Shown here in pieces: positions 37,090 to 45,494 of a stretch of DNA of 55,611 nt (within the stretch, counting starts at the first letter, position 1; every line of letters begins with the position of its first letter). Position numbers and translations under genes: made by a program. The stretch covers positions 1-55,611 of IMG/VR virus record IMGVR_UViG_3300031152_000004; one strand, written 5' to 3'. This DNA comes from a virus (Duplodnaviria > Caudoviricetes). The notes beneath the pieces are model-generated. The model was not told the origin of the DNA. It did not search any database and was given only the letters and a program-made list of their open reading frames with translations.

Positions 37090-38249
37090 TGCAGGACCGC
37101 CCGGCCGGCTGGGAGGCCAACCTCATGTCGGACCACGGCGCGGTGGTCCTGGGCAGCCTGTTTACCGCGGACGACATGACGTCGGTCCGGTACTTCGGCC
37201 TGCCGATCGAATCCGGGTCGGTTACCGTCGACCTGGACTCGACCAGTCGTCGCAGCTGCGAGATGACCCTGGTCGACGACGACGGCCGGTTCAACGACGC
37301 ACTCGGGCGACTCACGCCCCGTGAGCCCGGGGACCTGCTGACCCCGTACGGGACGGTGGTCCTACTGCAGTACGGGATTACTGTTCCGGGGTTCGTGAAC
37401 TTCTTCGGGAATAACGTGATGTTCGTCAACCTGGGGATGTTCTGGATCGACTCGGTCAACCCGACTGGCGATGGGAAGCTGTCAGTCGCCGGGATCGACT
37501 TCTCCTTCCCGGTCAGCGTCGCCGAGTACACCACCCCGTACATCATCCCGGCCGGAACCCTGGCCACCCAGGCGATCACCGACGGGCTGGCCGGCCGGCT
37601 GCCGGTCGGGATAGCCGCCCTGCAGCCGAACGTGGTGGCCAGCCCGGAGGTTACCGGGCTGATCACGCTGGACGTCAACCAGGACCCGTGGGCGCAGTAC
37701 GTCCGAATGGCCGAGACCATCGGCTACGAGCTGTACTACGGGGTCGACGGGGCACCAGCCCTGGCCCCGAAGATAGACCCGATCGACCGGACCGTGCAGT
37801 ACTCGTACGTCGACGGGACTAACGCGCTGGTCGCTCGGCAGCGCCGACTGGACACCTCCCCCGGGTACAACGGGATTGTCGGCACGTCGGAGGCTTCCAC
37901 TATCGTGGCGCCGCTGCGGTCGGAGGTCTGGGACAACAACCCGTCCAGCCCGACCTACTACCTGGGTCGGTACGGGATGCGCCCGAAGTTCGTGTCGTAC
38001 CCGTACGCCGCCACCCAGGCCCAGTTGGACGCGGCCGTAGCGGCGGACCTGGTTCGGGTGCTGGGGGGAACCGAGCAGGTCGAGCTGGCCGTCCTGCCGG
38101 ACCCGACAGTGGACGTCGAGGACGTCTTCGGCCTGCGCTGTCCTCGGCTGCTGATCGACGGGGTCTACCAGGTCCGGCGGATCGTCGTGCCGTTCGAGGT
38201 GGACCAGGCCATGGCGATCTCGGCCACCCGGGTTAGGAGTTCAGCGTGA
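37089..38249 (+). CDS. Minor tail protein (baseplate hub, DUF5047-like)
   Basis: GSVTVD....RRSC..., LG.F.I, D..P.SPTY..G.YG. Confidence 0.75.
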   Translation: MQDRPAGWEANLMSDHGAVVLGSLFTADDMTSVRYFGLPIESGSVTVDLDSTSRRSCEMTLVDDDGRFNDALGRLTPREPGDLLTPYGTVVLLQYGITVPGFVNFFGNNVMFVNLGMFWIDSVNPTGDGKLSVAGIDFSFPVSVAEYTTPYIIPAGTLATQAITDGLAGRLPVGIAALQPNVVASPEVTGLITLDVNQDPWAQYVRMAETIGYELYYGVDGAPALAPKIDPIDRTVQYSYVDGTNALVARQRRLDTSPGYNGIVGTSEASTIVAPLRSEVWDNNPSSPTYYLGRYGMRPKFVSYPYAATQAQLDAAVAADLVRVLGGTEQVELAVLPDPTVDVEDVFGLRCPRLLIDGVYQVRRIVVPFEVDQAMAISATRVRSSA

Positions 38250-38797
38250 CGACACCTGTAGCCCGCCCGGTCCCCCACCTGGAAAAGCTGAACCAGGGGG
38301 CGACGCTACGCCGGCTGAGTGCGGCACTGCAGGGGCGCCCGGACGGGGTGGCGGACCCGTTCGAACTGCGAATGGGCGTGATCGTCTCGCCTCTGATCGA
38401 CGTCAGCAGTTACAACGTCCAGCTGACCAGCGACGGGATTACCCGGACGATGCCGTCGGCCGCCGGCTACGCGCCGGTCGTGGGGGACCCGGTCTGGGTC
38501 GCACAGCTGGGCCCGTCCTACCTGATCCTGGGGATGCGCGCAGGCCCCTACCGCCAGCAGGGGAGCGCCGCAGCCGTGTTCACCGCGGCTGCCCGGATAT
38601 CGGTCGTGGTCACCTGGCCAGTCCAGTTCACGGCCGCTCCGGTCGTACTGCACTCGGTCCTGATCGGGTCCAACTTCGACGTCCTTTCGAACGCACAGGC
38701 GATCAGTGCAACCCAGGCCACGTTCACCCTGTGGCGGCCGGCCGGCACCAACATCACCGGCACGGGTGCCCTGCACTGGCAAGCGATCGGAGCTTGA
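38246..38797 (+). CDS. Minor tail protein
   Basis: Y.P.VGD.VWV OB-like N-terminus; H-lectin-like C-terminus (F.AAP.V...W.AIG). Confidence 0.65.
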   Translation: MTTPVARPVPHLEKLNQGATLRRLSAALQGRPDGVADPFELRMGVIVSPLIDVSSYNVQLTSDGITRTMPSAAGYAPVVGDPVWVAQLGPSYLILGMRAGPYRQQGSAAAVFTAAARISVVVTWPVQFTAAPVVLHSVLIGSNFDVLSNAQAISATQATFTLWRPAGTNITGTGALHWQAIGA

Positions 38798-38822
38798 CCC
38801 GGCGGAAAGCCGGGTCTACTCT
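38794..38822 (+). promoter_or_regulatory. Lysis-cassette promoter overlapping a hairpin
   Basis: TTGACC-N17-TACTCT-N6-ATG(38829); GACCCGGC-GGAAA-GCCGGGTC inverted repeat. Confidence 0.55.
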
Positions 38823-38828
38823 GTATCC

Positions 38829-38999
38829 ATGGAGTTTGATGCGATGCTACCACCCGACGAGCACCCGCTGGCCCGAGCGGAGGCGAACCTCCACTCAGTG
38901 ACTGACGACGAGTTCTTCGCCGCACTGCTGGAGCCGAAGCTGACCGACCAGGACGGCGTCGCGGTCGACCCCACGGAGGGCGTGGTGGACGACCGGTGA
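38829..38999 (+). CDS. Acidic leaderless protein, 56 aa
   Basis: MEFDAMLPP...; coupled to the endolysin gene. Confidence 0.55.
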   Translation: MEFDAMLPPDEHPLARAEANLHSVTDDEFFAALLEPKLTDQDGVAVDPTEGVVDDR

Positions 39000-39889
39000 C
39001 CATTACCCAGGCGAACCTGAACCAGACCCGGGCGCTACTGGCGCGGTTGACCAGGGACGGCGTGCAGGTCGTATACCAGGCCGGCTGGGACCGCCGGGAC
39101 GCGGGCGGGCTGTTCGGCCCGTTCGTCGGCGGGATCATCCACCACGACGCCTCCTCGGTCAGGTCCGGCACCTGGGGCGCGCTGGGCATTATCGTCGCCG
39201 GCCGCGGAGGGGCGAACCCGGTATCCGGGCCGCTCGCACAGTTCCAGATCGCCCGCGGGGTCGTCCCACGGATTACCGTGGTGACCGCGGGGCGGGGGAA
39301 CCACGCCGGAGTTGGCGGCCCGTACCTGAACGTCCCGAAGGATTCGGGGAATCGCTGGCTAGTCGGCACCGAGGTGGCCAACGACGGGGTCTCGGAGCCC
39401 TATTCGGAGGCGACTACCTGGGCGATCGAGTCGTGGGGGCGGGCCGTCTACGACCTGACCGGGCAGAACCCGGTACGGGTGATCGGCCACAATGAGTGGG
39501 CCGCCAGCCCGTCAGCCCACCTGGATACGGCCCTGCACAAGGCAACCGGCCGCAAGTCCGACCCGCGCTATAGCATGGTCTGGATGCGTGGGCGGATCGT
39601 CCGCCACAGCACACCGACCGGACAGGAGTTCACTATGGACGCGGCAGCTACCAGGGCCTTCACCGACCTGAATGCCAAGCTGGACGGCATCCACCGGGTG
39701 GAGACGGTCGGAGACGGCCCGACCGTCCCGGCGAGCAAGGACACCCACGGCTGGAACTTCAAGGGCACCTACGAGCGGATCGCAAACCTGCAGGACCAGC
39801 TCAAGGCCCTGCAGGAGGCCGTGAAGCAGACCAATGTCAAGATCGACCAGGTCCTGGCCGCACTGACGCCGAAGGAGCCGACCCCGTGA
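38996..39889 (+). CDS. Endolysin, N-acetylmuramoyl-L-alanine amidase (Amidase_2-like)
   Basis: IIHHD, NHAG.G, G.EVAN, IGHNEW, K.DP; coiled-coil C-terminus. Confidence 0.85.
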   Translation: MTITQANLNQTRALLARLTRDGVQVVYQAGWDRRDAGGLFGPFVGGIIHHDASSVRSGTWGALGIIVAGRGGANPVSGPLAQFQIARGVVPRITVVTAGRGNHAGVGGPYLNVPKDSGNRWLVGTEVANDGVSEPYSEATTWAIESWGRAVYDLTGQNPVRVIGHNEWAASPSAHLDTALHKATGRKSDPRYSMVWMRGRIVRHSTPTGQEFTMDAAATRAFTDLNAKLDGIHRVETVGDGPTVPASKDTHGWNFKGTYERIANLQDQLKALQEAVKQTNVKIDQVLAALTPKEPTP

Positions 39890-40251
39890 AGAAGTACTCG
39901 AGCCTGCTGTTCGCAATCGCGGGCGCTGTCGCGATGTGGCTGGTCACCGCCAACAGCGACAACGTCCTGACCGTGGTGGAGAAGGTCCAGGTCGTGGTGG
40001 CCGCCGCAACCGCGGCGTCGGTGTGGCTGGCTGCGAACGTCCCGGCGCTGACCTGGGCCAAGACCGCCACCGCGGTGGTCCTGGGTGGGGCGAACTTCCT
40101 GGCGGGTGCGATCGCCGACGGCTTGACCACCTCGGACTGGTACGGGCTGGTGGTGGTGGTACTGACCGCTGCCGGCGTGCTGGTCGCGCCTGCGCCGCAG
40201 TGGACCGGAGCGGTGTCAGCGGTGCGGTCCGGCGTCCAGCGCGTCGCTTGA
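39886..40251 (+). CDS. Holin (4 TM)
   Basis: Duplicated K....AV.....D..T..W/E TM hairpin; coupled to the endolysin gene. Confidence 0.75.
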   Translation: MKKYSSLLFAIAGAVAMWLVTANSDNVLTVVEKVQVVVAAATAASVWLAANVPALTWAKTATAVVLGGANFLAGAIADGLTTSDWYGLVVVVLTAAGVLVAPAPQWTGAVSAVRSGVQRVA

Positions 40252-40270
40252 CTCTGTACCCCCTTGAGCA

Positions 40271-40309
40271 GACCGGCCCGGCACCGTCGCCGGGCCGGTC
40301 TTGTCTTTG
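40271..40309 (+). terminator. Intrinsic terminator
   Basis: GACCGGCCCGGC-accgtc-GCCGGGCCGGTC followed by TTGTCTTT. Confidence 0.7.
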
Positions 40310-40336
40310 AGTAAAATCATGGGTTTGACTCGCAGT

Positions 40337-41359
40337 ATGAAGCTCCTGCTCGCACTGCTGCTACTGGCCCCCGGACCGAAGGTGACTTCCCACATGACGA
40401 CTACTCCCACCTGCGGCCCACCCACCGCGGCAGCCTGGCGTGCCGTGTTCGACGCGCAGCCGATCCTGGGTGACGGGATGATTTCGGTGCCCGGCATGTG
40501 CGCGTTCCTGACCGGCGACGGCGTGCCGCGTCAGCCCGGCCCCTGGGCGCACTCGACCATCACCCTGGTCAAGGCGGGGAAGGGCCACGTCGTCACGCCG
40601 AACAACCCCGGCAGCCAGTCCCCGTACCAGTTCATCCCGGACAGCGCCGACGGCTCGTACCACTGGTTCGGCCCGGGGGTTTTCGCGGACAACACGCTGT
40701 GGTCGCTGGCGCCGCACAATCGGGTCAGCGACATCTGGCCGTACTTCGTCCCGCTGGGCACCGACCTGGTCCGGGCGAACGCCGCGCCGGGACAGGACCC
40801 GACCTATGCCGGTACCTACGCCACGCCCAACCCGCCGGCCGGGGTGACCTGGGGCGCGGCGATGTGGTACGACGCCACCTCCAAGTTCGTGTACATCTTC
40901 GGACGCAGCTCCGCGGTTACCGACGGCTGGACCGGCTACGACGCCTACCTGGCCCGGGTACCGGTCGCCGGGATCGCCAATCCGTTCGCCTGGCGTTACT
41001 GGGGCCAGATGGCGCCGAACTGGCACGGCTGGACGGCCAACCCCGCCCAGTCCACCGCAATCCTGAAGGCTCCCCGCGACGGCGGGGTCGAGTCCACCTT
41101 CACCGCCTGGAAGGACGCGGGCGGGTGGCACCTGGCCGCGCGGCTGGGCGGAGCCTGGGGGCATAACGCGGCCGGCGTCCCGGTGGTGTCCAAATGGACC
41201 TCCACGAACCTGCTGACCGGCTGGAACCGGCAGGAGTTGGCCCAGGTCCCGGAGGACGCCTACCTGGCGCAGGCACATCCGGAACTGCCGCTGGCGTCCG
41301 GCAAGCTGCTGGTGACCTACAACCAGGCCGGCCAGGAGAGCACCTTCCTGGAGGTCTGA
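40337..41359 (+). CDS. Secreted beta-propeller protein, DUF5005/DUF4185-like, 340 aa
   Basis: Signal-like MKLLLALLLLA; GDG..SV, FVYIFG, YLARVP, WRYW, Y....HPEL...LLVTYN. Confidence 0.55.
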   Translation: MKLLLALLLLAPGPKVTSHMTTTPTCGPPTAAAWRAVFDAQPILGDGMISVPGMCAFLTGDGVPRQPGPWAHSTITLVKAGKGHVVTPNNPGSQSPYQFIPDSADGSYHWFGPGVFADNTLWSLAPHNRVSDIWPYFVPLGTDLVRANAAPGQDPTYAGTYATPNPPAGVTWGAAMWYDATSKFVYIFGRSSAVTDGWTGYDAYLARVPVAGIANPFAWRYWGQMAPNWHGWTANPAQSTAILKAPRDGGVESTFTAWKDAGGWHLAARLGGAWGHNAAGVPVVSKWTSTNLLTGWNRQELAQVPEDAYLAQAHPELPLASGKLLVTYNQAGQESTFLEV

Positions 41360-41389
41360 CCCTCGAGCGGGTCCCCCGTTCCCGCTCCG

Positions 41390-41430
41390 GACCGCCCCCG
41401 CGCCTTCCCCACGGGGGCGGCTCCGTATGC
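41390..41430 (+). terminator. Hairpin with conserved CTCCGTATGC tail (copy 1)
   Basis: GACCGCCC...GGGCGGCTCCGTATGC; second copy at 41667-41704. Confidence 0.5.
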
Positions 41431-41450
41431 CGGCCCTTTTGACCGGGGAC

Positions 41451-41480
41451 TTGACTACGAGTCAAGTCCCGTGATAAGAT
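41451..41480 (+). promoter_or_regulatory. Palindrome promoter, leaderless
   Basis: TTGACT-N18-TAAGAT-N6-ATG; TTGACTACGAGTCAA. Confidence 0.75.
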
Positions 41481-41486
41481 TTTCCT

Positions 41487-41660
41487 ATGACAGAGACAGG
41501 AACCAGCCGGATCCGCCCCAGCCGCGCCACCAAGGCCACCATCGGCCGGGAGATCTCCGCCGAGCAGGGCCAGACCGAGATCGACAACGTGATCGAAGAG
41601 GGCCAGGCGCGGGCACAGGAGCTGCGCGAGCGCCTACGCAGCCTTCGCGCCGCCGACTGA
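41487..41660 (+). CDS. Leaderless hypothetical protein, 57 aa
   Basis: MTETGTSRIRPSRATKATIGREISAEQG...LRAAD. Confidence 0.6.
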   Translation: MTETGTSRIRPSRATKATIGREISAEQGQTEIDNVIEEGQARAQELRERLRSLRAAD

Positions 41661-41666
41661 CGACAC

Positions 41667-41704
41667 GACCGCCCGGGTCGTTTGACCCGGGCGGCTCCGT
41701 ATGC
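41667..41704 (+). terminator. Hairpin with conserved CTCCGTATGC tail (copy 2)
   Basis: GACCGCCCGGGTC-GTTT-GACCCGGGCGG-CTCCGTATGC. Confidence 0.5.
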
Positions 41705-41730
41705 GACGACACGACCGAGGAGACTGCGTC

Positions 41731-42039
41731 ATGACCGAGACCCACGCGCTGGACGCCTACCGCGAAGACGGCGAGATCGCCCTGTTCGAGATGGCCCTTT
41801 ACGACACGTCCGGCCAGCCGATCACCGACCCGCGGGTCGCCGCGGAGGCCGTGAGCTTCCTGTTTAACCTGTCCATGGAAGACGCAAAACTGGTGGAGGA
41901 ACTGCCCGGCATGACCATCCCGATCTGGCTGGCCCCGATGGATGGGGTCAACGGGCATAGCGTCGCAGCGGGGGTAGACGTGGGGGTCACCGATGGGTTC
42001 AGCGGATACCGGGCGTGGGTTCCCGGGCGTTCGGCATGA
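41731..42039 (+). CDS. Hypothetical protein, 102 aa
   Basis: GAGGAG RBS; MTETHALD. Confidence 0.6.
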   Translation: MTETHALDAYREDGEIALFEMALYDTSGQPITDPRVAAEAVSFLFNLSMEDAKLVEELPGMTIPIWLAPMDGVNGHSVAAGVDVGVTDGFSGYRAWVPGRSA

Positions 42040-42122
42040 CCGGCGCGGCTGTGGCGATCCTGGTCGTCGCCCTAGCAGGGGCGGCTGGGGTCCTGTGGGC
42101 CATGCGCTGGCTGGACCGATGA
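42036..42122 (+). CDS. Membrane micropeptide, 28 aa
   Basis: MTGAAVAILVVALAGAAGVLWAMRWLDR; ATGA overlaps. Confidence 0.5.
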   Translation: MTGAAVAILVVALAGAAGVLWAMRWLDR

Positions 42123-42181
42123 GCCTGTTCACCGGCCTGTGCCTGGCGTTCCTGGCCTGGTTCCCAGTGCTGCCGCTGGCG

Positions 42182-42994
42182 CTAGAACGGCGCCGGGTCC
42201 GCCCCCGCCACGTCCGGGCTCCACCGCCCCGACGTCGGCGGGTTGCGCAGGTAGTAGACCGCCGACTCGAGGATCCGCAGCGAGTCGTACGCGGCGCCCA
42301 GTAGGTCGTGGTTGCACCGGTCGCACAGTAACCCGCGAGTCACCTTGGTCTTGTGGTCGTGGTCGGTCGCCAGGCGCTTACTGACCTGCCGGTTACGGCA
42401 GATCCCGCACAGTCCCCCCTGCAGCTGGAACAGCCGGTCATACTCGTCCGCCCCTCCGGCGTACGTACGGTCCTGCCGGGAGCGGTGGGCCGCATCCGAT
42501 ACGCACGGGCGGCACCTCGTCGCCCCGGGGCCGAAGTCCTGATGCAGCCGGGGACTCTGGCACGCGGCGCACCAGCGGCGCCCTTCCGGGACGTCGGGGA
42601 CCTTGGGACGGTGGTCCTCGATCGGCACCCGGGACAGCCTGCGCCGAGACTCCGCCACCTGGACCGAGATGGGTTGCCGGCGTAGCCAGCACTCCGGGCA
42701 CCACAACGGGTGGCCGTCCTTCTTCGGGGACAGGGTGCAATCGGCGCACACCTTCGGGGCCTTCTTGGCCTTCCGGTGTTCCGGGTGATAGCCGGCGATG
42801 ACCCGGCCGGGACCCGTACTCACCTCCGGTCGCGGTTCCGAGAGGCTTTCCATGATCCCGGTCGGATGGTGGCCCCGGCCCGGCTCGCTAGCTGGTATGC
42901 CGGTTGCGACGGGTTGTCCGCCGGACGAGGCAGGGACCGGCTCCGCTAACCGGGCCGGGGTGCTAGCGGGCAGCCGGCTGGGTAGCTTCGGCAT
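42182..42994 (-). CDS. Recombination endonuclease VII-like protein
   Basis: YDRL...QGG.CGIC, LATDHDH....RGLLC..CN..LG; extra CxxC pairs upstream. Confidence 0.85.
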   Translation of the reverse strand: MPKLPSRLPASTPARLAEPVPASSGGQPVATGIPASEPGRGHHPTGIMESLSEPRPEVSTGPGRVIAGYHPEHRKAKKAPKVCADCTLSPKKDGHPLWCPECWLRRQPISVQVAESRRRLSRVPIEDHRPKVPDVPEGRRWCAACQSPRLHQDFGPGATRCRPCVSDAAHRSRQDRTYAGGADEYDRLFQLQGGLCGICRNRQVSKRLATDHDHKTKVTRGLLCDRCNHDLLGAAYDSLRILESAVYYLRNPPTSGRWSPDVAGADPAPF

Positions 42995-43217
42995 CCTCGG
43001 CCCCGACTGCCTGTTCGAACGCCAGTACGTACGCCTGGCTGGCCGGGTCGGCCATCTGCTGCGCCCGGGCGGTGACCTGGTCGGCCAGCGTCCAGCCGTA
43101 CTCCCGTTCGATCACCACCATCACGTCGACCGACGGGATGCGCTCACCTGCCCGGATACGACTGACCGACGAGTGAGACAGCCCGATCCGGTCTCCTACC
43201 TGTCGGTTTGTCGCCAT
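42963..43217 (-). CDS. XRE-family HTH regulator, leaderless, 84 aa
   Basis: TNRQVGDRIGLSHSSVSRIRAGERIPS. Confidence 0.85.
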   Translation of the reverse strand: MATNRQVGDRIGLSHSSVSRIRAGERIPSVDVMVVIEREYGWTLADQVTARAQQMADPASQAYVLAFEQAVGAEDAEATQPAAR

Positions 43218-43224
43218 GAAAACC

Positions 43225-43278
43225 AGGGTAGTCGATGGCTTGCCTCCGGCGCAAGCCTGCTGTTTGACTCCGGGTCAT
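43225..43278. promoter_or_regulatory. Divergent promoters sharing one palindrome
   Basis: TTGCCTCCGGCGCAA (43240-43254): leftward TTGCGC-N18-TACCCT-N7-ATG, rightward TTGCCT-N18-TTGACT-N7-ATG. Confidence 0.6.
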
Positions 43279-43588
43279 GACAACCCTAGCGGAACACCTG
43301 GACGCGGCGCGGCTGCGGGCGGTCGCGGTCCAGCGGGAACTCGACCAGGTCCGGACCTCCCAGGTGCCTGTCGCCGAATCCCCGGCCCCCTGCCTGCGGA
43401 TCAAGCTGGTCGAGACCGAGCGGCTGATCGCCATCCTGTCGGACCCGGACATCGCCGACGGGTACCAGAAGGGCAGGTCGGACTGCGCCCGGCACCTGCG
43501 GACGGAATTCGGCCTGGACCGGCCGGACGACACTCCGGTTCTGAACCTGATGCGCCGGCTGGCCGACCTGTGGGACCGGCGTGCCTAA
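43277..43588 (+). CDS. Hypothetical protein, 103 aa
   Basis: Leaderless start; coupled to the next gene. Confidence 0.6.
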   Translation: MTTLAEHLDAARLRAVAVQRELDQVRTSQVPVAESPAPCLRIKLVETERLIAILSDPDIADGYQKGRSDCARHLRTEFGLDRPDDTPVLNLMRRLADLWDRRA

Positions 43589-44054
43589 GATCCGGCAGGC
43601 TGCGGCCAGCGGCACCCCGCAGGCGGTCAGCTACCCGGACGGCCGCCGGATCGACCTGACCTGGATGTATCCGCCGCTGGAGCGCGGAGTGGCCGTCGAC
43701 TGGACCGGCTGCCAGGTCGCGCAGTTCGAGAGGTCCACCGGGATCGGGGCGCCGTGGCAGTGCACCCGGGCGTTCGACATGGGTGACCGGGACGAGGTAG
43801 CGGACCTGCTCGCACTGTGGCTTTACGACGGGTGCCTGGGGTGGGTCGCCATGCACGTTAGCTCCCCCGAGTGCACCGACGTCCCGCGCTACCTGGTCCG
43901 GGTGAACAACCGCGGCGCCTCCAGGGGCGCCCGGCCGCAGCTGCGGCACGTGCGCTGGATCGAGGTGGACGACGATGGGCCAGAATCCGAGTACGTCTCC
44001 GAAGACGCCCAGGGCGCCGAGCGGGCCGGCTGGGCTGCAATCCGCAGCGAGTGA
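43581..44054 (+). CDS. Hypothetical protein, 157 aa
   Basis: GTG-CCT-AAG start overlapping the previous stop. Confidence 0.6.
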   Translation: MPKIRQAAASGTPQAVSYPDGRRIDLTWMYPPLERGVAVDWTGCQVAQFERSTGIGAPWQCTRAFDMGDRDEVADLLALWLYDGCLGWVAMHVSSPECTDVPRYLVRVNNRGASRGARPQLRHVRWIEVDDDGPESEYVSEDAQGAERAGWAAIRSE

Positions 44055-44184
44055 GGTCGCCTGGGCCCTGGGCCTGTTCCCGGAGGACGACTGGCGGCAC
44101 TGGGAGCTGCGCGCGTTCCTGTTCCAGCGGCTGGCCTACCGGGCGTTCGAGCACGCCGAGCGCCTCCGGAAGCGGAACGCTTGA
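43975..44184 (+). CDS. Hypothetical protein, up to 69 aa
   Basis: Fills the gap before the promoter at 44181; start uncertain. Confidence 0.4.
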   Translation: MGQNPSTSPKTPRAPSGPAGLQSAASEVAWALGLFPEDDWRHWELRAFLFQRLAYRAFEHAERLRKRNA

Positions 44185-44210
44185 CTCCGAGACAAGCCAT
44201 ATGTTTTACT
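44181..44210 (+). promoter_or_regulatory. Palindrome promoter
   Basis: TTGACT-N18-TTTACT; TTGACTCCGAGACAA. Confidence 0.65.
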
Positions 44211-44258
44211 TGTAGTAGAGAGGCCGGGGGGACCGGCCCACCCGCCCGAGGAGTCAAG

Positions 44259-44810
44259 ATGACCGAATACGACGCCCGCAAGGACAGCTCCGCCGGCACC
44301 GACGACCTGCGGGCCGACGCCCCCGGGGCGGACCTGGACGAGACCGGCCGGCCGATCGGCGTAGACGGCGTCATCCTGGTCACGGACGACGGCAAGGGCA
44401 ACCGGACCTGCTCCTGCGGCTGCGGCCGCCGGATCGCCGGCAAGGTGCACTTCGTCCAGGGCCACGACCAGCGCCTGATCGGGATCCTGACCCGCGCGGC
44501 CCGCAATGGCCAGGAGGTCACCGAGCGCAGCGGCGGCGTAATGACCCACGGCTCCGCCGAGACCTACGCCCGCCGGGTCCTGACCGGCGCGGGCGTGGCG
44601 AAGCTGATCGCCGCGGTCAAGCGCCCGGTCGCCGCACCTCGCACCCGCGAAGTCGCTCCGGTCGAGCAGCGCACCGAGCACGGCCAGGTCAAGATCGGTC
44701 GCTGGACTTACCTGGCCACCCGGGTCGGGGACCGCGTGGTCTGGACCGACAAGAAGGACCAGCACCACGAGGCCGACGCGAAGGCCGCCGCGACCTTCAA
44801 GGCCGTCTGA
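44259..44810 (+). CDS. CxCGC...GHD-motif protein, 183 aa
   Basis: CSCGCGRRIAGKVHFVQGHDQRL; GAGGAG RBS. Confidence 0.7.
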   Translation: MTEYDARKDSSAGTDDLRADAPGADLDETGRPIGVDGVILVTDDGKGNRTCSCGCGRRIAGKVHFVQGHDQRLIGILTRAARNGQEVTERSGGVMTHGSAETYARRVLTGAGVAKLIAAVKRPVAAPRTREVAPVEQRTEHGQVKIGRWTYLATRVGDRVVWTDKKDQHHEADAKAAATFKAV

Positions 44811-44875
44811 ACCCCCACCGATCGCCGGCCCCCGGACTCCCGGGGGCCGGCCCTATGGAAGGAGCACCCCCCCAG

Positions 44876-45343
44876 ATGACCACTAAGACCCGGTCGCCCT
44901 GGGCCTCGATTCTGGTGATGGGCGGGGCGGTCGCCGCCGCAGGCGTCCTCATCTTCGGGGTCATGCCCGGGTTCCGGACCGACCCCGGTGGACGGACCCA
45001 GTCGAAGGTGTACGAGCTGGTCGTCAACTACCAGAACATCCCGGGTGGTGTCCGCGTCAGGTACACCCGGGCGGAGACCGGCGGAGTGGCGTCCGCCGGC
45101 CTGCTCCTGCGGGACCGTAGCGGCTCGTTGACACCGCCGGTCTACCTGGCCTCCCGCGGGCCGGTCACTCTCGAGGCGATACCGAACCGGCCCAGTGAGG
45201 GCGGGACGGCGGTCGGCCAGTACCAGCTGATCGTTACCATCACCCTGTACCAACACGGGCAGATCGTCAACGTCTGGGAGGACAGCGCCAGCGTCCGCAA
45301 CCAGTCGGCCAAGGTCGACACCGCCAACCCCCCGACTGGTTGA
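44876..45343 (+). CDS. Membrane-anchored beta-rich protein, 155 aa
   Basis: GAAGGAG RBS; N-terminal TM; preceded by a CCGGCCCCCGG hairpin. Confidence 0.6.
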   Translation: MTTKTRSPWASILVMGGAVAAAGVLIFGVMPGFRTDPGGRTQSKVYELVVNYQNIPGGVRVRYTRAETGGVASAGLLLRDRSGSLTPPVYLASRGPVTLEAIPNRPSEGGTAVGQYQLIVTITLYQHGQIVNVWEDSASVRNQSAKVDTANPPTG

Positions 45344-45369
45344 CTCTGAGTCAAGTAGCGTGGTAGGGT
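45340..45369 (+). promoter_or_regulatory. Palindrome promoter, leaderless
   Basis: TTGACT-N18-TAGGGT-N6-ATG; TTGACTCTGAGTCAA. Confidence 0.75.
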
Positions 45370-45375
45370 GTTCCC

Positions 45376-45459
45376 ATGCCCTTCTTCGTCGCCCTCGTCT
45401 CGTTCGCCGTCGTCTTCGGGCTGGTCTTCTCCGCGCTGACGCGCAGGAACGCCCGGTAG
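45376..45459 (+). CDS. Leaderless membrane micropeptide, 27 aa
   Basis: MPFFVALVSFAVVFGLVFSALTRRNAR. Confidence 0.6.
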   Translation: MPFFVALVSFAVVFGLVFSALTRRNAR

Positions 45460-45469
45460 TCCCGCACCT

Positions 45470-45489
45470 CTCTCCCATCCAAACGGAGG
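45470..45489 (+). repeat. 20-bp start-associated repeat (copy 1)
   Basis: CTCTCCCATCCAAACGGAGG, identical at 46460-46479. Confidence 0.8.
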
Positions 45490-45494
45490 TCCCA

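Noticed and set aside
42963-43217. HTH as a lysogeny repressor implying a temperate phage
   Set aside because: No integrase, ParA/ParB or att-like site was recognised; lifestyle is not established from this gene alone
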